From NCBI GenBank assembly GCA_038087875.1, contig CM075997.1, positions 2,420,001 to 2,484,000 of the forward strand: a stretch of 64,000 bases of DNA. Direction: 5' to 3'. The position numbers were made by a program, and so were the translations under genes. Source of the stretch: Malacoraja senta. Its lineage: Eukaryota. The notes beneath the pieces were generated by a model that had not been told where the DNA came from, searched no databases, and saw only the letters and a list, made by a program, of their open reading frames with translations. Below are positions 38,371 to 50,434 of the stretch, in pieces; position 1 is the stretch's first letter, and each line of letters starts with the position of its first letter.

Positions 38371-38895
38371 ACCCATTCCTTCTCTTCAGAGATGCTTCCT
38401 GTCCCGCTGAGTTACTCCAGCATTTTGTGTCTATCTTCTCCTTGTCTCACCCTAGTTCTATTTTAACATTCCAACAAGTACAAACATTTTTCTAATAACT
38501 TTAATGTAGTGACACATCCCAAAGTACTTTGCAGCACCTATATCTCTAAAAAAAACCTCACTGAATCATCTGAGGAGGTATTAGGTCAGATGACCACAGG
38601 ATTAGTTAAATAAAAGTCTTAAAGGAAGCAGGAGATGTTTGGAAGAGATCATCGGGCAAAGCACTTGAAGCAAAAAGTAACACTAAGTGCTGGAGTAACT
38701 CAGCAGCTCAGGCAGCATCTCCGGAAGACAGGGATAGGTGATGTGTCGGGTCGGGAAGGGTCTGTAGGTTGTAGGTTCAGTGGCTTTGGTCAAATTATAA
38801 ATTGTCCCCAGTGTGTAGGATAGTGCTAGTGTACGGGGTGATCGCTGGTTGGCGCGGATTCGGTGGGCCGAAGTGCCTGTTTCCACGCTATATCT

Positions 38896-39203
38896 TAGTT
38901 TAGTTTAGTTTAGAGATACAGCGCGGAAACAGGCTCTTCGGCCCACCGGGTCCATGTCAACCAGCAATCCCCACACATTAACACCACCCTACACCCACTA
39001 GGGACAATTTTTACATTTACCAAGCCAATTAACCCACAAACCTGTACGTCTTTGGAGTGTGGGAGGAAACCGAAGATCTCGGAGAAAAACCACGGGGAGA
39101 ACGTACAAACTCCGTACAGAGAGCACCCGTAGTCGGGATCGAACCCGGGTCTCTGGCGCTGCATTTGCTGTAAGGCAGCAACTCTACCACTGCTCCACAG
39201 TGC
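38896..39203 (-). mobile_element. V-SINE (HE1-like), tail-to-tail with a + strand SINE fragment at about 38762-38895
   Basis: A/B boxes, V-domain, CR1-like tail, (ctaaa)n end. Confidence 0.88.
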
Positions 39204-39932
39204 TGTTTCTAAAGAGGCATTTGCAAGGTGTGATGAGAATTCTATAAATCGAGTTCTATATTAGACTGGATCAAAATGTCTCTGATCCTTCCATGTTATA
39301 ATTATGGGATAATTACATTTTCTTGCAGGAACTGTAAGTTATTTGTACACTGTAGCAGAGTGTGGAGATCACAATCTCTTTCACAGACAAGTCACAAGGT
39401 TCACAGCTGAGGCCACCTTCACATCATCTGCAGTTACTCTTCGGAAATTACAAACACTGTACAATCTGGAAGTTACAACATATTAAACTCTTTACAATTG
39501 AGTTTATTGTACAGTTGTATGACAGTTTCTCCACAGGAGAGATTTTGTGCCATGTAATATGTGTGGGAAGGGTAATAAAAACTTGCGATTCTCTTTCTTT
39601 GCAACAGTGTAAATATAGTATTGACCAGACGCCTACGCTCCAGTCTATTGTGAGATTTAACCATTCTTGTTCCCCGCTGGGATCTAATTTGAAAAATCCC
39701 GTTCGTTCTTTTCTAATGCTAATGCTTTATTTTCTTCTTTTCTTCCCTCAGGGCCCTACACCTACACAGCGACTAGCTGCCAGCACTAATTATTCCCTTA
39801 GTCCCTCACACTCCATGGGCTTCCATCTTAAATACCTCTTCCCTCCTGAAGGTTAAACCAGCTGAGTTCTTGGCATCCACTGCCATTTATCCAGTGTTCC
39901 AAGAACACTGGGAGTGTGAACGCAACATATCC

Positions 39933-40335
39933 TCCTCCATGTCTACAAAGCCCTCAATGGGCTTGCCCCCACCTACATTAAAAGTCTGCTCACCCACCAC
40001 ACCACCTCCAGGACCCTCAGATCCGCCGACTTGGGGTTGCTGAATATCCCACGGTCTAGGCATAAGCTCAGGGGCGACCGCGCCTTTGCGGTTGCAGCCC
40101 CTAGACTGTGGAACAGCATCCCCCTTCCCATCAGAACTGCCCCCTCCATCGACTCCTTTAAGTCGAGACTAAAAACCCATCTGTACTCCCAAGCCTTTCT
40201 TGACGTCCTCTGAGCGAGGGCTAAATGTATGCAGTTTGTTGGTTATACTATTCTTATACAAATGTAAAGCACTTTGGCCAACGAGAGTTGTTTTTTAAAT
40301 GTGCTATATAAATAAATGTGACTTGACTTGACTTG
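39933..40335 (+). mobile_element. L2-clade LINE 3' fragment
   Basis: YKALNGLAP.Y...LRS...GDRAFAVAAPRLWNSIP...FKSRLKTHL; (acttg)n tail. Confidence 0.88.
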
Positions 40336-41087
40336 ATATGGCGTCTTCCTCGGCAAGGGCCAGTTGGGCCGAATGGCCTGTTCCCATGCTGCATGACTCT
40401 ATGACTCCAAGTGGCGGCACAATGGTGACGGCCCCATTGCCTGAAGACCTACATTTGGCCTCGGCCTTGTGTTGAGGTTGCACCTAAAATGACCACAAGC
40501 AGCTACTGATATACTGATAGAGTAACAGGAACATTGATTCAATTGTGTAAATCTATTGGAATGTTTGCAAGGGCATTCCTCATCTGAAAGTATATCTTTA
40601 AATAGAGTCTGCTGTTTGGGCTCAACATCAGTCACTGTTCAGCTGAGAGATGAAAATTGCTAACTCTTTGCTGACTTGTCACTGTTGTTGGCAGTGCTCT
40701 GCTCTGCACATTTTATTTTGTTTTTGTCACCGATTTAAATAGCATGCATGATTCATGAGCTCACAACCTTGCACTGTTCCATAAAAGTTGACAATTTCTT
40801 TTGAGTTCCTGATCTACTAGATTCATGATCTCCCCCAAATTATCAGCAAGGATAGTTTTTACTTGGTTTGTTAAATGTTTTTCTTTGACCATCCAGCCTT
40901 GTTTTCAATTTTAAACCAGAGGGTAAGGATTAAATCTTTAATGGTGGATATTGTGGCATGTTTTCTGTTAATGTGAGAAGTCTCGATGGCTGTGATGAAT
41001 TAAAGAACATTGCGCCTGGTTTGGGGACTGAGTCTGCGCCGTCCAGCGATCATCCCGTACACTAACACCGTACACTACCCTGCACAC

Positions 41088-41213
41088 TGCAACCTTCACG
41101 TGGTCCGCCCTGTTTCGACGAATGCAATCAACCCGGCGTGCACAATCAAATAAGATCAAATAGAACAAGTTGTCCTACAACTTAAGGCTGTGCACGACAT
41201 ACGCAAGAAGAAG
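41088..41213 (+). mobile_element. HDV-ribozyme-headed short retroposon, copy C (5'-truncated, lacks the P1 5' strand), inserted in a V-SINE
   Basis: Imperfect TSD accctgcacac / accctacgcac; aagaagaag tail. Confidence 0.85.
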
Positions 41214-42379
41214 ACCCTACGCACTAGGGACAATTTACAATTTTGCAGAAGCCAATTAACCTACAAATGTGTATGTCTTTGGAGTGTGGGAGGAAACCCA
41301 TGCAGTCACAGGGAGAACACACAAACTCCTTACAGACAGCACTCGTGGTCAGTGTGGGAGGAAACCAAAGATCTCGGAGAAAACCCACACAGGTCATAGG
41401 GAGAACGTACAAACTCTGTACAGACAGCACCCGTGTCATTGGCGCTATAAGTGCTGTAAGACAGCAACACTACCGCTGTGCCATCATGCTGCCCATATTA
41501 TAGTATATTATATTATATTATAGCTGTATATTATTCTGCTGTATTCAGAGAATTAGGGTGGATTTGATAGAGAAAAGGAAATAAATGGGGGAATGGGACT
41601 TCTCTGAGAGCTGGCATGGTCTCAATGGGCTGAGTGGCCTCCTTCCACGTCACAATGAAATATGAAAAGTATGAAAGAGAAATAAGGAACTGCAGATGCA
41701 AGTTTACACAAAAAAAGACACAAAGTGCTGGAGTAACTGAGCTGGTCAAGCAGCTTCTCTGGAGAACTGTCGGTGATGTTTCAGGTCAAGACCCTTCTTC
41801 AGACAATGATTGGAGTAATGAGATTGGGAAATTATTACATATAAGGTGGGAGAGAAACAATCCTAGGCAATACACACTAAGAGAATGGCAAGATGCACTG
41901 AAAAATCATTTCATGGGCATTTTTTTTTGCATTGAGTCATTGTGATATTGTTTTTTTTGTCAGCATATGTTATTTAGAGGTTTTAATTGATAAATTAAGG
42001 AAGTGAGCATGAGACCTGGAACTGTCTTATGCTCACTTGTTCCAGAAGGCATCCAAGAATTCAATTTGGGTAGGAGTTATTTATAGGGCAGCAAATATTT
42101 TGTCATAATATTGGGCACAGCATAAATCAGGAGTATTGTAACAGGAATAATGCAGTAGTCATGATGGGATTTTAATCGAAATAGAGACCGTATGGGTCAT
42201 ATCGACTGCATTAATGGAATCTATACAAAACTGTTTTCTAGATCTATAGGTGTAGGAAGGAACTGCAGATGCTGGTTTAAACACACAAAAAGCTCGAGTA
42301 ATTCTCATCTTTACGTTCAGATCCTTAGCTGGTTTTGTCACTCCCTGTCTGTGAACTCACAATCCTCACATATTTCTAG

Positions 42380-42800
42380 TGTTTCCAGGACTAGAGGGTC
42401 TGAGCTATAGGGAGAGGTTGAGTAGGATGGGACTCTATTCCATGGAGCACAGGAGGATGCTGGGTGATTTTATGGATGTGTATAAAATCATGAGAGGAAT
42501 AGATCAGGTAGACGCACAGAGTCTCTTGCCCAGAGGACACGGGTTTAAGGTGAAGGGGAAAAGATTTAATAGGAATCTGAGGGGTAACTTTTTCACACAA
42601 AGGGTGGTGGGTGTTTGGAACAAGCTCCCAGAGGAGGTAGTTGAGGCTGGGACTAACAGTTAGACAGGTACATGGATAGGACAGGTTAGGAGGGATATGG
42701 ACCAAGTGCTGGCAAGTGGGACTAGTGCAGCTGGGACATGTTGGCCGGTGTGGGCAGTTGGGCCGAAGGGCCTGTTTCCACGCTGTATCACTATGACTCT
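42380..42800 (+). mobile_element. CR1-clade LINE 3' fragment sharing its tail with the V-SINEs
   Basis: LSYRERLSRMGLYS...FFTQRVVGVWNKLP; ends gggccgaagggcctgtttcc. Confidence 0.85.
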
Positions 42801-43133
42801 ACCGTTCCACTTTAAGATCTTGAACTCCTTTGATTTCCTCCATCATTGACGGCCAAACATTCAGTGGTTCCGGCCTCCCCTTTGGAACAAACAGTCTGCC
42901 AACCTTTCATTCTTGTCTCTCCTGTCTTTAAGTCACTTTTGAATACATATGCCTCTTGGCTGTCCTAATATCATATTTTTTTTAAGCGTAAGAACAGAAG
43001 AACATAAAAAATAGGAGCCGGAGCAAGCTATTGGGCCCTTTGAGTCAGTTCCACCATTCATCAAGATCTTCCACCTCAGTCCCTTTTGCCTGCACTATCC
43101 CCATATCTCCAGTCAAATCAAGTCAAGTCAAAT

Positions 43134-43161
43134 CTGAAGAAGGGTCTCGACCCGAAACGTC
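43134..43161 (+). ncRNA. Minimal hammerhead ribozyme motif (Penelope-type)
   Basis: Exact CTGAAGAAGGGTCTCGACCCGAAACGTC. Confidence 0.72.
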
Positions 43162-43660
43162 ACCTATTCCTTTTCTCCAGAGATGCTGCCTGACCGGCTT
43201 GAGTTACTCCAGCTTTTTGTGTCTACCTTCCAGTCAAATCGAGTTGACGTTGCTGTCACAGGCACATATATGGTGAGATACAGGCACAATGGAAATCTTG
43301 CTTGCAACAGCATCACAGGCACTTAAACTACACACAAAAAACATAAATTACTCCTAAATTACACATGAATTCTGCAATTCTGATTTAAAAAACTGCAAAA
43401 AAATAACCGAGCCATTATTGGAAACACAATTAGAAAGAAAAACAAGTCCACGGTGGAGCAAGAGACGAACTATTATCACAGTGCTGTCATCACTTGATGC
43501 CTTGTATGTGCACAAAACCTATTGATCTCTGTTTTAAATTAATTCTATGATGGAGCCCACACTGCCCTCCAACGTAGAGCATTTCAAAGATAAACACAAA
43601 AAGCTGGAGTAACTCAGCGGGTCAGACAGCATCTCTGGAGATAAGAAATAGGTGGCGTTT

Positions 43661-43980
43661 CATAGAAACATAGAAACATAGAAAATAGGTGCAGGAGGAG
43701 GCCATTCGGCCCTTCGAGCCAGCACCGCCATTCATTGTGATCATGGCTGATCGTCCTCCATCAATAACCCGTGCCTGCCTTCTCCCCATATCCCTTGACT
43801 CCACTAGCCCCTAGAGCTCTATCTAACTCTCTCTTAAATCCATCCAGTGACTTGGCCTCCACTGCCCTCTGTGGCAGGGAATTCCATAAATTCACAACTC
43901 TCTGGGTGAAAACGTTTTTTCTCACCTCAGTCTTAAATGACCTCCCCTGGTTCTGGACTCGCCCAACATTGGGAACATTT
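43661..43980 (-). mobile_element. CR1 LINE 3' fragment nested in a Penelope-derived palindrome
   Basis: CR1 tail flanked by the two inverted arms (about 43590-43660 and 43980-44140). Confidence 0.88.
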
Positions 43981-44767
43981 TTCAGATCCAAAGTTTCAGA
44001 TCGAGACACTTGAGTCTGAAGAGTCTCGACCTAAAACGTCACCTATTCTTTTTCTCCAGAGATGCTGCCTAACCTGCTGAGTTACTCCAGCATTTTGTGT
44101 CTATCTTTGGCACAAACCAGCATCTGCAGTTCCTTCCTGCACATAGAAAATTCCAAAGCTTCTTCACCCCCTGGTTGATGACATTTCTCCCCAGCTCTCA
44201 GTCCTAAACAATCTCTCATATTCCTTGTAGTTCTTTCAGAGCATTTTGCTTTGTAGGAGTAAGGTCTTGTACATTCTGGTGGATGGTGTGGTTCAGCCAT
44301 TTTAGATGAGTTGGAGAAAATGGGTGGGGAGAAGGACTAGAATTAAAGTGGAAAATAACAAACTCCCAGTATATTTCAAAATGAGTAGAAAGGTAGAAAA
44401 ATAGGTGCAGGAGGAGGCCATTTGGCCCTTCGAGTCAGCACGGCCATTCAATATGATCCTGCTTTTTCCCCATATCCCTTGATTCCTTTAGCCCTAAGAG
44501 CTAAATCTAACTCTCTATTATATTATATTATATCACGAAAGTACATTTGTGTGGTGATGTTTCTCCGATGTTTATAGGATTTAAGAATGGTGCGAGAAGT
44601 TCAAAAAACTATTCTTCCTGTTGTCAATTTTTTTTCATGTGAGCAGAATTAGGCCATTCAGCCCATCTAGTTCACTCTGCCATTCAATCATGGCTGATCT
44701 ATCGTACACAAAAATGCTGGAGAAACTCAGCGGGTGCAGCAGCATCTATGGAGCGAAGGAAATAGGT

Positions 44768-44795
44768 AACGTTTCGGGCCGAAACCCTTCTTCAG
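44768..44795 (-). ncRNA. Minimal hammerhead motif in the 3' repeat of the Penelope-like element
   Basis: CUGAAGA-A-GGGU(UUCG)GCCC-GAAA-C-GUU about 115 nt downstream of the RT/EN stop codon. Confidence 0.78.
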
Positions 44796-44911
44796 ACTGA
44801 TAGGGGGTGGGGAGAAGAAAGGAAAAAAGGAAAAGGAGGAGGAGGAGCCCGAGGGTTGGGGGAGGGGAGGAGACAACCAGATGGCTGATGAAGGGGAGGG
44901 GACAGCCAGGG

Positions 44912-46270
44912 CTAGCAGAATTGGGAGAATTCAACGTTCAGGCCACCAGGGTGTAGACTGCCCAAGCGGAATATGAGGTGCATTTCCTCCAATTTACGGT
45001 GTTGCTCGCTGTGGCCATGGAGGAGACCCAGGACAGAGAGGTCAGATACGGAATGGGAGGGGGAGTTGAAGTGCTGAGCCACCGGGAGTTCAGGTTGGTT
45101 ATTGCGGACCGACCGGAGGTGTTCGGCGAAACGATCGCCAAGCCTCCGCTTGGTCTCACCGATGTAGATCAGCTGGCATCTAGAGCAGCGAATGCAATAG
45201 ATGAGGTTGGAGGAGATGCAGGTGAACCTCTGTCGCACCTGGAACGACTGCTTGGGTCCTGGAATGGAGTGGAGGGGGGAAGTGAAGGGACAAGTGTTGC
45301 ATCTCTTGCGGTTGCAAGGGAAAGTACCAGGGGAGGGGGTGGTATGGGAGGGAAGGGAAGAATTGACAAGGGAGTTACGGAGGGAGCGGTCTTTGCGGAA
45401 GGCAGACATAGGGGGAGATGGGAAGATGTGGCGAGTGGTGGGGTCACGTTGGAGGTGGCGAAACTGACGGAGGATCACTTGTTGTATGTGACGGCTGGTG
45501 GGGTGAAAGGTGAGGACTAGGGGGACTCTGCCTTTGTTGTGAGTGGGGGGATGGGGAGAGAGAGCAGTGTTGCGGGGTATGGCAGAGACCCTGGTGCGAG
45601 CCTCATCTATGGTGGAGGAGGGGAACCCCCGTTCCCTGAAGAATGAGGACATTTCAGATGCCCTGGTGTGGAACGCCTCATCCTGGGAGCAGATGCGGCG
45701 TAGACGGAGGAATTGGGAGTGGGGGATGGAGTCCTTACAGGAAGCAGGGTGGGAAGAAGTGTAGTCCAGATAGCCATGGGAGTCGGTAGGTTTGTAGTGG
45801 ATGTCGGTAAGGAGTCTATCACCTGCGATGGAGATAGTGAGGTCAAGGAATGGTAGGGAAGTGTCGGAAATGGTCCAGGTGTATTTAAGTGCCGGATGGA
45901 AGTTGGTGGTGAAGCGGATGAAGTCAGTCAGTTGTGTGTGGGTGCAGGATGTGGCACCAAAACAATCATCGATGTAGCGGAGGTAGAGGTCGGGGATGGG
46001 GCCCTGGTACGCATTGAACAGGGATTGTTCTACGTACCCGACAAAGAGGCAGGCGTAGCTGGGGCCCATGCGTGTGCCCATAGCTACGCCTTGTATTTGG
46101 AGGAAATGGGAGGAGTCGAATGAAAAGTTATTAAGTGTAAGTACCAGCTCCGCTAGGCGGAGGAGGGTGTCAGTGGCCGGGTATAGATTGCTTCTCCGGT
46201 CGAGGAAAAAACGGAGGGCTTTGAGACCATCCTGGTGGGGGATGGAGGTGTACAGTGACTGGACGTCCAT
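44912..46270 (-). CDS. Penelope-like RT (MDVQSLYT, GVAMG, YLRYIDD) fused to GIY-YIG endonuclease (LIYCIRC...IYIGET), N-terminally truncated
   Basis: Motifs read from the ORF translation; no stops or frameshifts. Confidence 0.9.
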   Translation of the reverse strand: MDVQSLYTSIPHQDGLKALRFFLDRRSNLYPATDTLLRLAELVLTLNNFSFDSSHFLQIQGVAMGTRMGPSYACLFVGYVEQSLFNAYQGPIPDLYLRYIDDCFGATSCTHTQLTDFIRFTTNFHPALKYTWTISDTSLPFLDLTISIAGDRLLTDIHYKPTDSHGYLDYTSSHPASCKDSIPHSQFLRLRRICSQDEAFHTRASEMSSFFRERGFPSSTIDEARTRVSAIPRNTALSPHPPTHNKGRVPLVLTFHPTSRHIQQVILRQFRHLQRDPTTRHIFPSPPMSAFRKDRSLRNSLVNSSLPSHTTPSPGTFPCNRKRCNTCPFTSPLHSIPGPKQSFQVRQRFTCISSNLIYCIRCSRCQLIYIGETKRRLGDRFAEHLRSVRNNQPELPVAQHFNSPSHSVSDLSVLGLLHGHSEQHRKLEEMHLIFRLGSLHPGGLNVEFSQFC

Positions 46271-46594
46271 GGTGAAGATGAGGGGGTGAGGGCCTAGAGA
46301 GTGGAATGCGCGGAGATGGCTGATCTATCTTTCTCTCTCAACCCCATTCTCCTAGCTTTGTCGCGTAACCTTGGCCATCCTTTTTAATCAAGAACCTGTC
46401 AGTCTCCGCTTTAAAAATACCCAATGATGACCTCCACAGCCATCTATGGCAACGAATTCCACAGATTCACCACCCTCTAACAGAAGAAATTCCTCCTCAT
46501 CTCAGCATGGATTCAGTGGGCCGAAGGGCCTGTTACCATGCTGTATCTCTAAACTAAACCAGTTCAGTTAAATGTCCTGTTTCTGTGTTTAGTT

Positions 46595-46885
46595 TTGTTT
46601 GTTTAGAGATACAGTGCAGAAACAGGCCCTTCGGCCCACCAAGTCTGCGCCGACCAGCAATCCTCGCACGTTAACACCATCCTACACAAACTAGAGACAA
46701 GTTACAATTTTACCAAGCCAACCAAGCCAATTAACCTACGAACGTGTACGTCTTTGGAGTGTGGGAGGAAACCGGAGCTCATACGCATGGGGAGAACATA
46801 CAAACTCCATACAGACAAGCACCCGTAGTCATTAATCGAACCTGGGTCTCTGGCGCTGTAAGGCAGCAACTCCACCGCTGTGCTA
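46595..46885 (-). mobile_element. V-SINE (HE1-like)
   Basis: B-box, V-domain, CR1-like tail. Confidence 0.85.
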
Positions 46886-46985
46886 CTGGGTTGTAGGCTT
46901 AATGTAAATGGCGGTAATAAATTCTACCACTTTCAAATCAAAACTACCACAAGACACTGATAGGAAAACAGTATGTGCAGACTAA

Positions 46986-47305
46986 AAGCCCTGTCCCACT
47001 GTACGAGTTCATTCAAGAGTTCTCCCGAGTTCGCCCTGATTCGAACTCGGAGATTTAAGGTAATGGTCGCTCGTCGGTACTCGGGGCTCTCGTGGACATT
47101 TTTCCAACATGTTGAAAAATCTTCACGAGTCTTCCCAAGCTTACTGAGTTTCCTGAGTACCTGCCGTTGGCGTTACGAGCCGCTAAGAGAAGTCCCCGAG
47201 CTCCGACGTACCCGCTACGTTCATTCTACGTGCTTACCACGAGTTTAGATTATTTTTTTTACTCGGGAGAGCACTTGATTGAACTCGTACAGTGGGACAG
47301 GGCCA
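46986..47305. mobile_element. PIF/Harbinger-type MITE (inverted relative to the 19707 copy)
   Basis: ccctgtcccactgtacgagttca ... tgaactcgtacagtgggacaggg; TAA/TTA flanks. Confidence 0.87.
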
Positions 47306-47391
47306 TTACAATCATGTACAAACATAGAGCATGAAGCTGTACGAAAATGTGAAAGAATGTTTCATCAAAATAACATCAGGTTTGAACTGTT

Positions 47392-47577
47392 TAAGAAGGA
47401 ACTGCAGATGCTGGAAAATCGAAGGTAGACAAAAATGCTGTTTAAGGCAACATTTCGGGTCGAGACCCGTCTTCAGTCTGAAGAAGGGTCTCGACCCGTA
47501 AACGTTGCCTATTTCCTTCGCTCCATAGATGCTGCCTCACCCGCTGAGTTTCTCCAGCATTTTTGTCTACCTTCAGT
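47392..47577. mobile_element. Palindromic Penelope-derived insertion
   Basis: 11-bp TSD tttgaactgtt (47381-47391 and 47578-47588); inverted arms. Confidence 0.85.
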
Positions 47578-48354
47578 TTTGAACTGTTGGATTGAGACTC
47601 TTCCCATCCCAGTGGAGACATTAGGGAATGGCTTCATATTACATTAGCACCTTCTTGCTTAAAAATAATTTAATTTATTTAATTGTGCTAATGCTATTCT
47701 CAAGCTATTTCACGAGATAATTTAAAAATAAATTAATTTGCAAATCAATTGCTATGAAATCAATGTCAAAGGACGTCCCAGTTCACCCAAAGATTGTGAC
47801 ATAGCAAAGATTGTTACATTACAGAATGGAGCACATTAGCAAACCTGAATAAAAGGACGTACCTTTAGAAAGCAGATGAGGAGGAATTTGTTTAATCAGA
47901 GTATGGTGAATCTGTAGAATTCATTGCCACAGATGAATGTGGAGGCCAAATCATACCTTATAGTCATAGAGTGATAGAGCATGCAAACAGGCCCTTCGGC
48001 CCAACTTGCCCACACTAGCCAACATGTCCCAGCTACACTAGTCCCACCTCGAAACAGAATAATAGGTGCAGTTGTAGGCCATTTGGTCCTTTGAGCCAGT
48101 TGGAACGAAGGCTTGTCCTGCCCATTATTTTAAGTGTCACTTTGATGTCTGTGGGAGGTGGCAAGGTATTAATAAGCTGTCACATTCTCTATATTGCAAC
48201 AATAACAACATTCTTGTAGAAGTATTATGGAATCATCGAATCATGCAGCACAAAAACAGCCCCTTCCGCCCACTATACACATGTTGACCAACCTTCAATA
48301 ATCTCATTTATTACTCTTTCTGCATTCTCATCAACTCCCTCCACATTCAGTCAC

Positions 48355-48645
48355 CACAGTGGCGCAGTGGTAAAGTTGCTGCCTCACAGCGCCAGAGATG
48401 TGGGTTCGATCCTGACTACAGGTGCTGTCTGTACAGAGTCTGTATATTCTCCCTGTGACCACGTGGGTTTTCTCCGGGTGCTCTGGTTTCTTCCCACACT
48501 CCAAAGATGTACAGGTTTGTAGGTTAATTGGCTCCAGTAAAAAAAATTGTAAATTGTCCTTAGTGTGTAGGATAGTGTTAGTGATCACTGGTCGGTGTCG
48601 ACCCGGTGGGCCGAAGGACCTGTTTCCGTGCTGTATTTCAAATAA
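48355..48645 (+). mobile_element. V-SINE (HE1-like)
   Basis: A/B boxes, V-domain, CR1-like tail. Confidence 0.87.
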
Positions 48646-48693
48646 ATAATTTACCGTTCGCCTAACATACTGGGAGAGATTTATATTACCCTG

Positions 48694-48885
48694 TTTAAGA
48701 AAGAACTGCAGATGCTGGAAAAATCGAAGGTAGACAAAAATGCTGGAGAAACTCAGCGGGTGAGGCAGCATCTATGCAGTGAAGGAATAGGTGTCGTTTC
48801 AGGTCGAGACCCAAAACGTCACCTATTCTTTCGCTCCATAGATGCTGCCTCACCCGCTGAGTTTCTCCAGCATTTTTATCTACCT
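48694..48885. mobile_element. Palindromic Penelope-derived insertion
   Basis: 14-bp TSD tttatattac(c/t)ctg (48680-48693 and 48886-48899); inverted arms. Confidence 0.85.
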
Positions 48886-50029
48886 TTTATATTACTCTGA
48901 GTATGTTATGTGAGTGGCACATGTAGGTTGGTGATTAACCTACCAATCTACAGGTCCTTGGGATGCGGGAAGAAACCTACACGATCACAGGGAGAACGTG
49001 CAAACTCCACACAGACAGCACTGGAAGTCATGATTGAAGCCAGATCTCTGGCAGTGTAAGCCGGAGCCTCTACTGGCTGTATCACTATGCCAACCTCCAT
49101 TACATTTGGCAAATGAGGAGTTGTAGGCTGTGGTCACATCTCTGAAAAGCACAAGAAGTAATGGAAGGTAGACAAAAATGCTGGAGAAACTCAGCAGGTG
49201 AGGCAGCATTTATGGAGCGAAGGAAATAGGCGATGTTTCGGGTCGAGACCGTTCTTCAGACTGATGTGGGGGTGGGGGGGGTGGGAAGAAGAAAGGAAGA
49301 GGCGGACACAGTGGGCTGTGGGAGAGCTGGGAAGGGGAGGAGAAAGGGAGAGAAAGCAGGGACTACCTGAAATGTAATGGAAAGTACTGCAGATGCTGGT
49401 TTACACTGAAGATGGACACAAAATGCTGGAGTAAATGCAAGTTCTTTCTTTGTACCAGTCTCCTCAAAATTGATGCCCATGACCTTGCTTTTGGCCATCT
49501 TGCTGAAATGGAGTCTATATTGTTATGTCAGGTAGTCTAGCTTGAATTATTATTACTGTAATCATCGTCTTTGATATACGTTCATCGATCGATTCTTCAA
49601 ATGGCCTTTGTCCAGTAAAAAAACTCGTATAAATTCATGGCTTTCAGTTATTTGAGAAGTGTCTTGCTTACAATTAGGCAAAGATGGCCAATTGCCTATA
49701 ATGCTGTGTTGATTTGGTTTGTTACAGAATACTGCATTCTTTACAGCCCTTGAAAGCTGCTCATTGATATTCATAGCACTCTGCCTTTGAAATACATTGA
49801 CTATTATTAATGGTCCATTATTAATCTTTCATATGAAGCTAGTTAATATTCAGTAACTACACCAGAATGTTGGCTTTATGACTGGCGAACAGGGTTTAGC
49901 TGAATTATAGAAACAAGGAACTGCAGAGGCAGGTTTACAGAAAAAAAAATGACACAGAGCACTGGAGTAGCTCAGTAGGTCAGGCAACATCTCTGGAGAA
50001 CATGGACAGGTGACGTTTTAGATCAGGAC

Positions 50030-50434
50030 CAAAGACCCTATAGCGAGCAAGATGGTCCACTCGACGAAAAAGGCATAGTACGGTCATGGGCAGATCCATG
50101 GGTAATTTTCGGCCCCATTTCCGTAACCGGCTTCCGTCTCCGCACCAAAGATCCCATAGCGGAGCAAAGATACTAGCGCGGAGACGGAAGCCGGTTACGG
50201 AAACATCCTCGTAAAAATAAAAGTTCTTTGGTAAAAATCTTCTCCTCATTTTTCAGAATTATAATTTATTAACACAAACTGTTCCCCCGCAACGTTGATT
50301 ACACTGCGAGTCGGGTCGGGTCGGGTTACTGAAATGGATGAAAAAAAGGCCCACGTTCCGCTCCGTTGTGTACTACACGTCAGCCCATTGCATTTAGCAG
50401 GAGTGGTCTATCTTGCTCCGCTATAGGATCTTTG
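50030..50434. mobile_element. hAT-type MITE
   Basis: TIR caaagaccctatagcg.agcaagat / atcttgctccgctataggatctttg; 8-bp TSD atcaggac / gtcaggac; third internal TIR copy at about 50146-50172. Confidence 0.8.

Larger units (their letters stand above)
38221..38439. mobile_element. Palindromic non-autonomous Penelope-derived insertion (two inverted terminal-repeat arms)
   Basis: Arms are reverse complements around about 38335; 11-bp TSD ccttgtctcac (38210-38220 and 38440-38450). Confidence 0.88.
44704..46315 (-). mobile_element. 5'-truncated Penelope-like retroelement (RT + GIY-YIG endonuclease) with 3' hammerhead-bearing terminal repeat
   Basis: 14-bp TSD atggctgatctatc at 44690-44703 and 46316-46329 inside an older CR1 tail; uninterrupted 452-aa ORF. 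Confidence 0.95.

Noticed and set aside
44978..45520. 180-aa + strand ORF and similar overlapping ORFs
   Set aside because: Antisense shadows of the Penelope RT/EN frame
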